Position numbers and translations under genes: made by a program. Source: Oikopleura dioica (lineage: Eukaryota > Animalia > Chordata). From it: DNA of 64,000 nt. The stretch lies in the NCBI GenBank assembly GCA_907165135.1, contig OU015568.1, forward strand, positions 11,160,001-11,224,000. The letters run 5' to 3'. The notes under the pieces were generated by a model. That model was not told the origin of the DNA, did no database searches, and worked only from the letters and a program-made list of their open reading frames with translations. The number at the start of each line of letters is the position of its first letter. Positions within the stretch are counted from its first letter, which is position 1. Positions 10,238 through 21,920 of the stretch are shown here, in pieces.

Positions 10238-10722
10238 TAAATGGAGCTTGTGCCTGATGTTGAATTTCGAGTGAGCTTTGGCGATTCTTTGATATTTGTG
10301 ACGGCTATTTCGATGGAGCTAATGATCGAGTTTGAGCGATTGCTACGCTGTCCAGGGCGACCAGAATGCGAGGAGCGCGAGGAGATCGTCCTCGTTGCTG
10401 CTTTTAATTCTGTACCATCTGTTGTTGTCGCATCGTCGTGATGCTCGCCACTATCCAGCTCTACATCGTAGGTGAGATCATCCGCGCACCAGAAGCTGAA
10501 AAAATTATTTCTTCTTTGACGAATGAAAAGAAAATCTTACCTGCACCACTTTTGAAAGTAACTTCGAGTTGAAGGTTGATTCCCATCAATTTCCGTACTA
10601 TGAAGATCCTGTTCTTCGCGCAGCCGACTGATTTTATGCTTGAAAATGCAGAATATCAAACAAAGAACGAAACAAAACAAGATCCCTGCTACCGCCAAGA
10701 TACAACTGATTTTAGTGCTCAT
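10238..10722 (-). CDS. Small single-pass membrane protein, unknown family
   Basis: MSTKISCILAVAGILFCFVLCLIFCIFKHKISRL (TM segment plus basic stop-transfer), GT donor at 10540, then an open Ser/Thr-rich exon. Confidence 0.5.
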
Positions 10723-10963
10723 TCAAAATTTGCATAGTTCGATTTCTAAAACACAAATTTTGAAACAACTTAATTTCATAGTTTTTTAGAATTGAATAGA
10801 AACAGTAAGATATGAGGTAAAAACTCAAAATACTCTTGTCTTGAAATTGGTTTTTCAGTGAACTCGGCTATTGAAAGGAACATGGCGAATTAAAGTTTTT
10901 TGAAAGACACATTTTTTGAATATTTTAACGAGTTATTTTTTGTTGATTTCGCTTTTTGGAACT

Positions 10964-11875
10964 ATCGAACAGTGTACCGAACGGTGTCTGGGTAAGTGTC
11001 TTGCTCGTCTTCGGACTCTTCTTCTACTCCTTAATCGTTTGTTGATTTTGTTTTAATTCCGCGCTCTCTTTACTTACGAGAAGGACCTGGATTTGAATCA
11101 GTGTTAGAAGAAGTGCTCGGTTTTGAAATTTCTCGAGTGAGGTTTGCTCGAGTGGACGTCCAGAATGAATTCCATGAGTCGGTGATTATTGAAGTCCATG
11201 AATTTATTTGGTTGATCGACCTAATTCATCATTTAAATTCATGAACGTCAGGGAGGAACAAAAAGAGGCATATTGATGAGTTTATTCGGTTTCGCTTTCC
11301 GGAAACTAACTGCAAGGATACCTGTAAGGAGGAGGAGGTGACTCGGAGTGAACATTCAGCTGCGGGTCATACTATGAATAGCAGCAAGGTAAAACACGAG
11401 AACGGGGAAAGTTCTTTTTGTGGTACCTTGGGAAGCTTACAGTAGCCCAGCTGGTCTTTGTCGCCATCAACTGGAGGGCCGGGATAGGCGTTTGTTGCTA
11501 CGTAAATTGTTCCACGTGCAGCTGCAGAAGGTTGTGATTGAACAGCAAGGTCTAAAATCAATCATTGTAGGTTCAAACGTTGTTTATTGTTCTACCTCGA
11601 TGATGCTGATAGGCGCAAAAGCAAGAGAATCCAATAATGAGCACCCAGATGCACCAGAACCACCACAGGTCAATGTAATTTAGGCAACAGCCATCACCAT
11701 TTGGACAGCAGTACTGATTCGATCCGCAGCTAGTTTGGCCGCCATCATGTTTTCTAAATCGATTTAGAACGCTCGTTGATGAGAAAATCACATACCGGCA
11801 GAATTTCACAAGCTCTCCAGTGGCGTCGGTGAAGTTTTTTACAAGTGTGGTATTAAATGCGGACAATGTAGGCAT
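10964..11875 (-). CDS. WBP1/VOPP1-family membrane protein with PPxY motif
   Basis: CGSNQYCCPNGDGCCLNYIDLWWFWCIWVLIIGFSCFC; downstream exon has SPPPPY. Start and end approximate. Confidence 0.75.
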
Positions 11876-12116
11876 TTTATCATTTCTCAACGCAGTAATT
11901 TAGAATAAGCTATCGATCGAGGTTAGAAATGAACTGATATTGAAGAGTTTCAGGAATTTAGATGGTAGTCAACGAGCAAGTATAAATTAAAAAAGGAGTC
12001 ATGTACAATCAATCTCGTAAATCAGGAGTGTAAGGCGGGTTTTCAGTCGGTAATATGCAGATAGGTAAACGTTCTGTTACTTTAGCTTTTGTTATATCAT
12101 ATTAAGCTAAAGCAAA

Positions 12117-12725
12117 TGGATTTTCTAAGTGTTAAGTGTTTTGAAGACTTCTAGCTCTAGTAAGGTCGTAAGGTCTTTTTTTAGAAAGTTCGGCGAGGAT
12201 CAACTCTTTTTAATCAGCGACAACAGGCTGCGCCATCTTGAAATGGGCTTTTCGGGACACGATAAAACTGGCATATCATTTACACTTTTACGCGACGGAG
12301 TTAAGTCCACAATTTTGGAAAGCATCGCGCTATCTAAAATAAAAAGGTAAGTACTTGAGTATTATGCAAAGATAATGGTGAACCTTTCCGTGCGCTGTTC
12401 TTATCGATGATTTTCTTTGCCTCTATCGCTTTTTGGTACCGAAGCTTAAAATATTTACATTTAAGAGCTGGTCTACTAGTATGCTTACAATTATATTTTC
12501 TTGGAGGATACTTGACACTCGACAAGCGTTTGGTTGAATTTTGAGTACGTAACAGGAAGCAACCGGGCCCAAAATCGAAACGATTCCGATAAAGCGCGGA
12601 TCCACGCCGAGAGCGAAGAAGGAGACGTATCGCAGTCGGCATTGAATTACTTCGAGGCCATTGTGTCGCGAGATTTCAAGCGAGCTGGGCGTGATTGTGC
12701 ACGTCGCTCGGACCTGATCCGCTGA
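12117..12725 (+). CDS. Uncharacterised small multi-exon ORF
   Basis: Open exons 12129-12347 (GT donor) and 12534-12725; no recognisable motif. Confidence 0.3.
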
Positions 12726-12749
12726 GTTTTGCAGCGAGTAGATTATCCT

Positions 12750-13751
12750 AAAATTTCTTATTCTTCAATTCAATTTTATTTTCATACTTGTGGACTTCTC
12801 TGACATCGCTTTTAAGCGAGTTATCTATCGCAGAATACCCACAAAAAGCACACTCTATGACAAAGTTATTCTCTGCCGACTTCTCATCTACCAAAGACGT
12901 CATCGACACTGCTTTCGACAATGATAAGTTGTTGATTGCCGCATTCAGTTGATCGCTTTAATAAAAATAAAAGGGACAGACTTATAGGCGTCGTCTCACC
13001 AGAAATCGAGAAGTCTGGTAGAGTCTTCGTCGCTGAAAATTTGGCATTCGTAATCTTTTGAAATCGAGTTTTTGTAGACAATGCACAAGTGGTCTAAAAG
13101 GATATTTACTAATCCCGTGTGAGTGTTTCAATTCTTACCCGCCAAAACGCTCCACACTTTTAAATTTCTCCTCGGAATGGTCAAACAAGTCAAGCCTTCC
13201 ATAGAAATGCGCAGGTTCTCTTCGTAAAGGCCAAGTCTTACAGGTTTGCCATCTACTGATCCATCTGTTTGTCCAGTTACTTTATCAAGGGAAGCTTCAA
13301 GGACTTTCTTTGCATCTTCTCGAAGCTTCGCCTTTGTCACCGGAACCCAGCCGAGAGAATGACAATCGAGCTTTTCCAAACAGTCATCTTCTTTATCATT
13401 CAGTTCTTCGTCAATTTTCGCGGATTTGGCGAGCTCAGCTAGTTGCGCGGCTGCTTCTTGGAACTCCTTCATGAATGTAGAACCGGAATCGTCGAACGGC
13501 GAATCGAGGTCATCTGTTTCATCAGCTGTAGTGGATCCGGCGGAGCTTGAGGAGCAGAAAGAGGCAGGAGATTTGAAGGAAAAGACCTTGTCGCTTGATT
13601 GAGGGAAATCGGTTGAGATGGAGCGCGAAGGAAGGCGAGATTGAATCGCCCAAGGACTGACGATTGGCGAATAGGATTGACATCGTTTTGCAAGTGCATC
13701 CTGCTCGTCGGAGACGTTCACCCGTGGCTGCCACGGCGATTTCGAACTCAT
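12750..13751 (-). CDS. Uncharacterised Ser-rich/acidic protein
   Basis: 218-aa ORF 13128-13784 plus further open exons down to about 12750, joined by short GT-AG introns. Confidence 0.6.
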
Positions 13752-13942
13752 ATCATTTTTTTGGAATTCTGAAAAGGGGTTCAAAGTTTAGGAATATTAA
13801 GCTTCAGCTTTCTCTGTGCACCTATAATTGTTTAATATTTTTTTAAATTGTAAGTTGATTAAATGCAATTGGGCAAGTTGCGATGTGCTTTTGAACTCAT
13901 GTGACAGTGAAAAGTGACTCGACTAATTGGATTACACTGTAA

Positions 13943-14882
13943 TCAGGCTTCTTCGTGGTGGCCCAATTCGGCCAATTCGGCTAGAATCGCCTCTTTTCGG
14001 GCTATTTTGTTGATCTGGTCTGGGTCCAATGTTTCTCCCTGAAAACATAAAAACCTGGGGTCAAAGTTGTTTTACTCCTTACCGCGTCGCGGCGCTTTTC
14101 AAGACCTTCAATCTGCCGCAGCACTTTAGTCCTCTTTTTAATCTGCTTTTGCTTCTCCTCGACTGACAGCTCGGCCAGAGAACTATCAGGTGCAGAAGCG
14201 TTGACAGTCTTTTTACTGTCACCACTGTCCTCGCTCTTGATTTTTGCCGCATTGAGGCCAGCAATAACAGCTTAATTTATAACATTCAAGGCGTCTTAAA
14301 TTAGAATTCGGCTTACACGAAATATCTTCAATGACAGCATCTTCTGGGTTTATATCATTCTGTTTTCTCGCTTTTGCTGCCTTCCGTTTCGCATTTTTCT
14401 TAGCAGCTGTAAAGAAAATTACGTTAAATAGAAAACTATCTAAAGAAAAAAGGACTTACACTTTGATAACTCAGGCGCTTTCATAGGATCATTCTTAGGA
14501 TCGTACGCGGAAAAATTGGACTCAGATGCTCCTTCAAGAGAAAATCTAATACAAAATGTCTGGTAGACTGGGTACCTCTGGAGGGCTCCCGCCTCAAGGA
14601 AGAGGAGCCAACAACATATTGCGTTCTTTGTCTATATTCTCGCTCTGCTTTACAGACGAACTTGCCAATATCTTCTGGCGGAACATAACCCTCTTTTACT
14701 TTTTTCGCTGGGCGCCAGGACCCATCGGGTCTCTGAAAAAAAAACGAGATAGATTCTTTAATTCGTTGAACTTCGCAAACCTGTGTAGCAGGAATAAAAG
14801 CAGAGCCTGAGACATTATCTCTCACAATTCCCGACGCCTTAGCGTGTAACATCGCATTATTTCTCGACTCATCCCGGGACAT
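13943..14882 (-). CDS. PYM1: Partner of Y14 and Mago (exon junction complex recycling factor)
   Basis: FIPATQ|RPDGSWRPAKKVKEGYVPPED (PYM domain) and C-terminal KKRTKVLRQIEGLEKRRDAGETLDPDQINKIARKEAILAEL. Confidence 0.88.
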
Positions 14883-15059
14883 ACTCTTACTTCTGAAAAA
14901 GCCTTTTTCGCACCTCGTAGCAACACACTCAACTTCAAAAATAAAAAAGTCTCCTAATAAGAAAATCAAATATCAGTAAAAGCAAAAAACACAGAGGGGA
15001 GGGAATGTGAGTGAAGAATACAAAAGAGCGTAAAAAGGGTTGCTTTCAAGAGTTTTTGC

Positions 15060-17873
15060 TTTTATGATGCAAACGAGGCTAGTAAAATTTTACGCGCGCG
15101 ACTGGCGTCTTCTACGCCTTTGGATAGTTCAGCCGACTCTGCGCGGCTACGGGTGAAGTCAAGCCGCGAAACATCTCCGTTTTCTTTGATGCCGATTGCA
15201 GTACCGCCTTGAAAGTGTTTTATAAATTTGGCAACCTTAGAGAAAAGTACCTAAAAGAACGGATCTCTCCAAATGATAGCTTCTATCTTTCGCCATTTCG
15301 ATCTCTCGCTTTCGTATTTTGTCTGTCTCGCGCTTACGGTAGTCAACAACAAATTTCGGATATTGATTGAGCACTGGATAGTGCCCAACAGTGAGAGGTT
15401 CAAGTTTCTTGACTAGCCGACGTAGATCCAAATCTAACAATTAAAAGTCAAGCCCTTTTAATTCATCTCACTTTTTGACGTGCTTTTCATCAGTTTCTTA
15501 GCGTTGCCGACAATCTGACTCGCTTGGATAGAATTTCTGTGGTGGAAGAAAAATTGAAAGTCTTCAAGCGACTTCATGGAGAGAAGAGGACCACGGGCGG
15601 AGATGACGTATCCCGCGACACAGTAAAGGAAGAAGCTCGGGTGGTTGAAGATGATGTTGTCGAAGAGCGCCAGCCAATCGTTTTTGGGCAACACTTCCGA
15701 AAACAAGGTGTACATTAGTGGCCAAGCATAGACTGAAAGAAACGATCAATGGTTATAAGCAGCGCAAATTAACCTTGAGAAGTAATTTCGTGAGCTGTCA
15801 GATGGCGAATTAGTCGCGGATCGGCTTCGGCAATAACATTTTCAATGGCCGCTAGAATCGGGATGGGCGGATTCGGATAGAAGGAAAACCAGTCCCGGCA
15901 GTAATTGAAAAGTACTGTAGCTACGATTTCGAAGCAGTGAAGTCCAGAGTTTTGAAAGAGCTAAAATTTTTCACAAAATCCTTCAAAAAGTTATTTACCT
16001 TGACAAATGGAAACACAAGGACTGGGACATAATCCAGCTCAAGAAAGATCGAGTTCCAGTGCCCAATACAATTCAAGCACTTGTCCATTGCTCTTGCGAT
16101 TCTGTTGGATTTGATCGGGTACTTCTGGTCAAAGTCCTTCATCGCCGGGTGTTGACCTCTTGAGAGAAGGCTCTCATATGCGGAGTTATTTCCTGGTATT
16201 CTGAGGAGCTTTCGCCAGATGAGGAATCTGTACGCAGTTGGGAACTCTCCGAAACCATTGAGTACAGCTCTGAGTTTATCCTTGTCAAGGTCTTCTGCAG
16301 CAAGCTCTGGGTTTGTATTGATTCGGCCCGTGGAGATTTGTGCTTTAGGCAAATGCTTCATTCCTTTTCGAGAAGCATTTGAGATAGTTTCCGTCTTCAA
16401 ATCGCTTTCCAATGGGCATATCTCCGCCTTGAGTGTTGGTAAATGAAATATTTCAAAGGTGCCATTGTCTTTGCACCAGGGCTGGATATTTTGAAATCAG
16501 CAAAAATTTCAAATCAATTTTTGTGTGAAATTTCATTTCTATCTCAAAATTTTGCACCATCTCAACAAATCTCAAATTTCAGTATTATTGCAACTCCCTC
16601 GTCATAATTTTTTCCATTCTTGAGATTGCTGAGATCTCGAGATCTCAAATCTCAAAATTTTGCAAACCGCGCGAGGGCCGCGGACAAACGTCGCGGGCTT
16701 AGAGCAAGACTTGTGATTGGTTCAGATGGACCTGAAATGCTTGAGATCTCAGAATTTCAAATTTCATTTCATTGCAACGCGCGTATCCAACTCACGCAGT
16801 TTTCTGAGATAATTGAGATCTCAGCATTTCAAATATCATTTTTTTGCAAAATCGAAAATTGAGATTTCAGACAGAAAATTTTCTGAGATTGCATTTTTGA
16901 AATGGATGAGATGATGATTCATGTTTTTTTCGGGGTTTGAGATTTTTGTTGATTTCAAAATATCCAGCCCTGCTTTGCACAAAGAGAACCATTCGCCTCC
17001 AGTTGACATCTTGAAACATGGCTCGTTTGCTGGATTCAACGTTGTTTCAATATTGCACTCTGTGACATTCATTAGTTTGACTTGATTGTCGCAAAGGACG
17101 AATAAATGCTCGGGCATTCCATGGACAACAGCCAGATCTTTCACTTGTCGAATGCCCGAAATTTGCATAATGGAGATGATCTTTCGAGCTTTGAGACAGA
17201 AGACGTGTATGAACTCGCCTTTCCCAGCAGAGTAGATCTTCTGAGCCTCTTTTGAGTACACAACCTTATTGATTCGGAAACGGACGTCTTTGGGCGTTGT
17301 CATTTGAAACTGGCATGTGGTGCCTTTCCAGACAAAAAGGGATGAATCAGCAAAGGCAGTAAGCGAAGTAAGATCGGAGTCAAGGAATCTGATGTCAACC
17401 ATAGGGCAGTCTGGCTTGACAGCTAGCGTTCGCAAGTGCTCAAAGGTCGATAAGTTCCACATTTGTGCTTTCTCGCTGGAAATCGTGATTGCATGTGTTC
17501 CATCTGGAGAGACGCGAATCTGGTTGACAACTGACTCGTGGCCGCCCATGATCGAGACAAGCTCGCCCTTCGTATTCATACATTTTACTTGACTGTCGGT
17601 CAGCCCGACTAGAAACTCATCCCGTCGTTTCAGCGCGAATTCGATCGAGCAAGGGCTAGGTTTCAGCGTTGTTATCACCTTCCAGCGGTTCGTTTTGACG
17701 TTCAAATGGAGGATATCTCCCCTGCTATCCGAGACGAGACATTCACTTCCCGAGCTGTTCCATGAACAGTGAAGGAATGTTCGCCCGCTGAGAACTGTCA
17801 CAAGACCATTTTTATTTAGGGGATTCCAAGCGCCGGCCCAAAGAGCCCCGCAGCTCGCTTTTGCATCGATCAT
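15060..17873 (-). CDS. TBC1D31: TBC1 domain family member 31 (WD40 + TBC), with a MITE inserted in a coding exon
   Basis: WD40 region (ALKRRDEFLVGLTD..VKC..ELVSIMGGHES..AITISSEKAQMWNL) and TBC domain (GFGEFPTAYRFLIWRKLLRIP..KYPIKS..HW..PVLVFPFVK). 3' end approximate. Confidence 0.88.
16477..16972. mobile_element. Non-autonomous hAT-type MITE (496 bp)
   Basis: 8-bp TSD CTTTGCAC (16469-16476 and 16973-16980). TIR CAGGGCTGGATATTTTGAAATCA(G/A)CAAAAAT; internal GAGATCTC/ATCTCAAAATTTTGCA repeats. Confidence 0.92.
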
Positions 17874-17929
17874 CTAAAAATTCCAAGCTTTTGAGATTTT
17901 TACGAAAATAGCATTTATTTGGAATGGAA

Positions 17930-18635
17930 CAGAATATTTAACCCTTGATAAAGGTGGGTACAGTTTTTGATGGCGCATCGAGGAGCATGTAAGCAATTCG
18001 AATATCCTCATGTGACTTTGCGTTGTTTGAATATTCTAGCGCAACCTAAATACATTTGTCACTATTGTCTTCCTTTTAATGAGTACTTTTTTTAGTTCCC
18101 GCTCAGCAAGCAACAAAATATTCTCCGACTCAAGTTGAAAGTTTTTCCCTCCGCTTGACCCAGAGCTTGGACCACTATCAGAAGTTTGGCATTGGCTCAG
18201 CTTCGCTCTGATATGTTCCAAAAGCTTTGCTGCCCAGGCCTTTACTTCGTTCTTTGCTCTAGGAGTCTTTGCTGCTTTGAATGCGCAGGCGATTTCGTCG
18301 ATAAGTTTTCTGCAATGGTCGATCTCGTGTTTCAGAGCTAGCGGCGTAAGATTCATTTCACTTCCAGTTTTTTCTGAGAACTCTGATGCGAATTGCTGCC
18401 GACCTCTTATCTTATATTAATAAAAAGTCGAGTTACTGAAATACCTTGATACAGGAGGAACTTCAATTATATGATCTGTAGCATGTCTCTGTAATCGACC
18501 AAGTTTATCATGAATGCTTGGCGGGAGTTCTGGCTCCACTTCTTCTGTCTGAGATATAAGCGAGTCAACTTGTGCTATAATCTGAAATCGACTGCTTCGT
18601 TCTGCCTCTAAAGCCGATAAAAGATTCTCTAGCAT
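17930..18635 (-). CDS. Uncharacterised helical protein in operon-like array
   Basis: ORFs 18417-18635 and 18036-18356; ATG directly after a TTTTTTAG acceptor, 28 bp from the upstream Mpv17 stop. 3' end approximate. Confidence 0.55.
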
Positions 18636-18662
18636 TCTAAAAAAGTTAACTGAATCTTTGAT

Positions 18663-19249
18663 TTATAAATGCGCTCTCCATGACAAATAAATATTCCAAA
18701 AGAACGAAATCACTCTCACAAAAATAACTTGGTACAGTAAGGGAATGAGGTAGAAGTTGATAATTTGAACTTGGGTCCAAATCGACCAGTTTTTTTGCAA
18801 GATGTTAAAATAATCGTCGTTTACGCGCTTTTTTAGCGCGTCCATAGAATGCCCTTGAAGAAGCTCGTTAAATGTAAGGAAGTTAATCAAAAGACAAGGG
18901 ATGACAACTAGTTGGTCGATCGCGACCTTTTTCACCAAATTCCACCCAGCACCAGGAAAAGCCTTCAATTTTGAATTTATAGATATCAGCTCAAAAATTT
19001 TACCTTAGCAGCGTAGCCAAACCAGTAATAACCAACAGGGACCCAAACTGTCATGGAGAACAAACCCATCCGACAAGATCGAACCCAATCGTAATCGCCA
19101 AAAACATCCTTCTTTTCAACTGCCAACTGGCAAATTACATCTCCACTGGAGGTCAGTAAAGTGCCAGTAATTAGCTGGGTTCTAAGGGGGTTAGCAGATA
19201 ATTTCTTGTGATACCATTTCACCCCTTGACCCAATAAACGAAAAACCAT
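18663..19249 (-). CDS. Mpv17/PMP22 family membrane protein (paralogue 1)
   Basis: PLRTQLITGTLLTSSGDVICQ..YDWVRSCRM; KKVAIDQL; NWSIWTQVQIINFYLIP..VISFFWNIYLSW. Confidence 0.88.
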
Positions 19250-19356
19250 CTGAATTGTCCGTTGCTTTCTTTTTAATTTTGAATTAATTTATTGAAGAAT
19301 CAAAGTTGCCATAGTCTACGGCATATTCGGAACTGTATGAACATGAATTAAAAGAA

Positions 19357-20924
19357 ATGTTTCACAGAAAATTATCGGTGACTGAGGTAATTAACAATGA
19401 TCGCCCAGAAGAAACCAACAATGCGGACGTAAATAACGCGCCAGGAGAGAGGAATGATGAAGAAATTGGCGATCTAAAGAGAGTTTATTACACGTTGCAC
19501 AAAATCCCTCTGAGTAAAAGAGTGACCGAGCTCCCGGTCCGGAGCACCGGTCGGCGCTCCCATAACAAATCATTTTCAATAAAAATCGGACAAAATGAAA
19601 ATTCCGGCTTTTCTTTTTCTGCAATTGAATGATGCGTTATCCCCAGAGACAAAATTCCTATTCCACCTTGATTTTGCACCTAGACATTACGCTGAAAGAT
19701 TGACAGAAATGCACACAGTAATAAATGTCGTGGAAAAGTTGAGAAAAGAAACGGGTCAGGTAAGTTTTGAAGCCAAAAACTCGATATCTAAAAAGAATAG
19801 GACTGGGTATTCGTCGGGACTCAACTTCAATTTGTTAATCTCAATCGACTCCCTGATGGGACAGTGCCGCTACAGGAGCTACTGGATACAGAACATATGG
19901 AAGCGAATCTTCCCTTTCTTACTTGGGAAAGTTTCTTAGAATACATCGGCAACGAACGAGGACTTCATAAAGATGATCGACCTACGATTGTTTTTGATCA
20001 AATAATCGAGCTGCAAAAAGACTCGAAAACAGGAGAGATCCTTTTGAGCGAAGAGAATGAAGACGAGTTTATCACTCACAGTGCTTCCATTGCGAATTGC
20101 TACATGGAACCGAAAAGGTCGAAATCAGGAAGAGTCAAAAAAGACTTTTGGGACATTCCCGGGCTAACAGCTAAGAACTACACCTGTGTTGATGTTATTG
20201 GAAGTATAGGAACCGTTGTGAAAATTCTTGGCGGGCTTGATGATAGAATTGTTGTGCTGAGCAGCCAGAATTGTGAGGACTGTATTAATGACATTTACAG
20301 TGATGAAGGAGAGGAAGAATATCTGAGTTATGATGACTTTTGGAACACGTGGAAATATATAAACTTTGCTCAAAGGATTCGGATTGAAGTCAAGTTTTAT
20401 TTTCAGAATAGTAAATATATATAAATTATATATATATAATATATATATAAATTATAAGTTATGAACTAATGTTTCATCAGAATAAAAGGCATCGCGAAAT
20501 AGCAGAGCAAGAACTCGAAAACCGAATGGGTAACGATGCTAATTATGTCGGTTTGATTTGGTATTCACACTGGTCGGAACATAACCAGAAGTACGTGGAA
20601 GATATTCGTGAAAAACTGGGGAAAAGACCATTCTATTACAGAGCTTGCTCCAAGACAGGCACGATCTCAAGCAATGGAAAGAGAAGCTTGATGGAAATTA
20701 CTGGAGCACAAGTATTTGTGACAAGGAGCCCCTTGTCTTCAAAAGCCACGACGTTCAAATTAGAGGTTGTTCGAATTGTTATTTTGTTCTCTCATAGTTT
20801 CATAGATATTCAAATGATGCAGAAAGCAACGGATTTCTTTGGACTATACAATGATCGATTCACTGAAATTGTTTTTATCAAGCGAGCACTTGCTGGAGTC
20901 CCAGAAGAACGAAATTTCAAATAG
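19357..20924 (+). CDS. Divergent POFUT2-like (GT68 fold) protein, catalytic motifs apparently lost
   Basis: FWDIPGLTAKNYTCVDVIGS and YDDFWNTWKYINFAQRIR resemble POFUT2 [20 protein letters not shown] and YWDTRRSMVFARHLR (recalled, not aligned by software). Start uncertain. Confidence 0.55.
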
Positions 20925-20959
20925 TAAGCAACCGCTGCCAATCAAGAAGAAACTTTATT

Positions 20960-21559
20960 AATCAATTTAGCTCCTGCTTGAGTTTCAAATGCGAAAGCGG
21001 ATTTTACCAAGATGGGGAATTCCCAAGGCCCAAAATGATAAAAGATGAGCTGTAATAAAATCAAAACAAAATTTGACTATTACCTGAACTGGGATCCACA
21101 ACTTCCAGCAGCTAGTAACAGTATTCCAGTACTCGTTTTCAAATCGCCTCGCGTAGCCTTCATAACCATTTCCTTGCAGAAACTCGTTGAGGAAAAAGTA
21201 TATATTGATCAGGATTGGGGCTAGCAGGAACTGATCAAGTACAACTTTTATCGAGACGTATTTGAGGGAGACAGCAGGCCAAATTTTGTCGAGAAAAATA
21301 TATCTAAAAAGTAAATACAATCCATTTTCGTTCTTAATATTTACTTGTAGAAACTAATGGGCGTCCATAGCACAGCATTGAATAGTAGCATCCTCGCTGT
21401 TCTGGCATAATCATGTTCACTCTTCTTTTGAACATGATGTTGGGTTAAATAGTCGCTTGCTAATGTGACAACGCTTCCAAATATCAAATTTGTCCGTAAC
21501 GGATGACTTTTGAGCTGACCGCTGAATTTCAACCGGATTGAGTTCAGAAATCGAATCAT
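20960..21559 (-). CDS. Mpv17/PMP22 family membrane protein (paralogue 2, divergent C-terminus)
   Basis: HPLRTNLIFGSVVTLASDYLTQ..HDYARTARM; KVVLDQFLLAP; CWKLWIPVQ. 3' end unresolved. Confidence 0.82.
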
Positions 21560-21920
21560 TGAAATCTTAATTGGCCATAAAGACTTCTACGCGTCGGTGG
21601 AACTGTTTTAATCTTGTAAATTAGCATCAGAAAAACATAAAAATCATGTCAATACAACGATGAGTAAACAGGCATATTTTCCAAATTTACTCAAGAGAGA
21701 AAGGTCCGGTTATTGAACTTGGTTTATTCGGTTTTCCGGCAGTGAATCCAAAAAATAGTTTCGTAAAGAATTTGGAATGTGAATGAGTGTAAAATTTTGA
21801 GGGGTGAATATGTGGATTGTTTAGTGATTAAGTTTCATTAATTAAAGGCAGTCGAAAAAATATTGGAATGGGTGAAAGTGAAAATGGGTTCGATGTGAAA
21901 TGTGATATGTACAGAGATGA

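Noticed and set aside
20415-20460. AT-rich palindromic ATATA run
   Set aside because: Simple low-complexity intron sequence.
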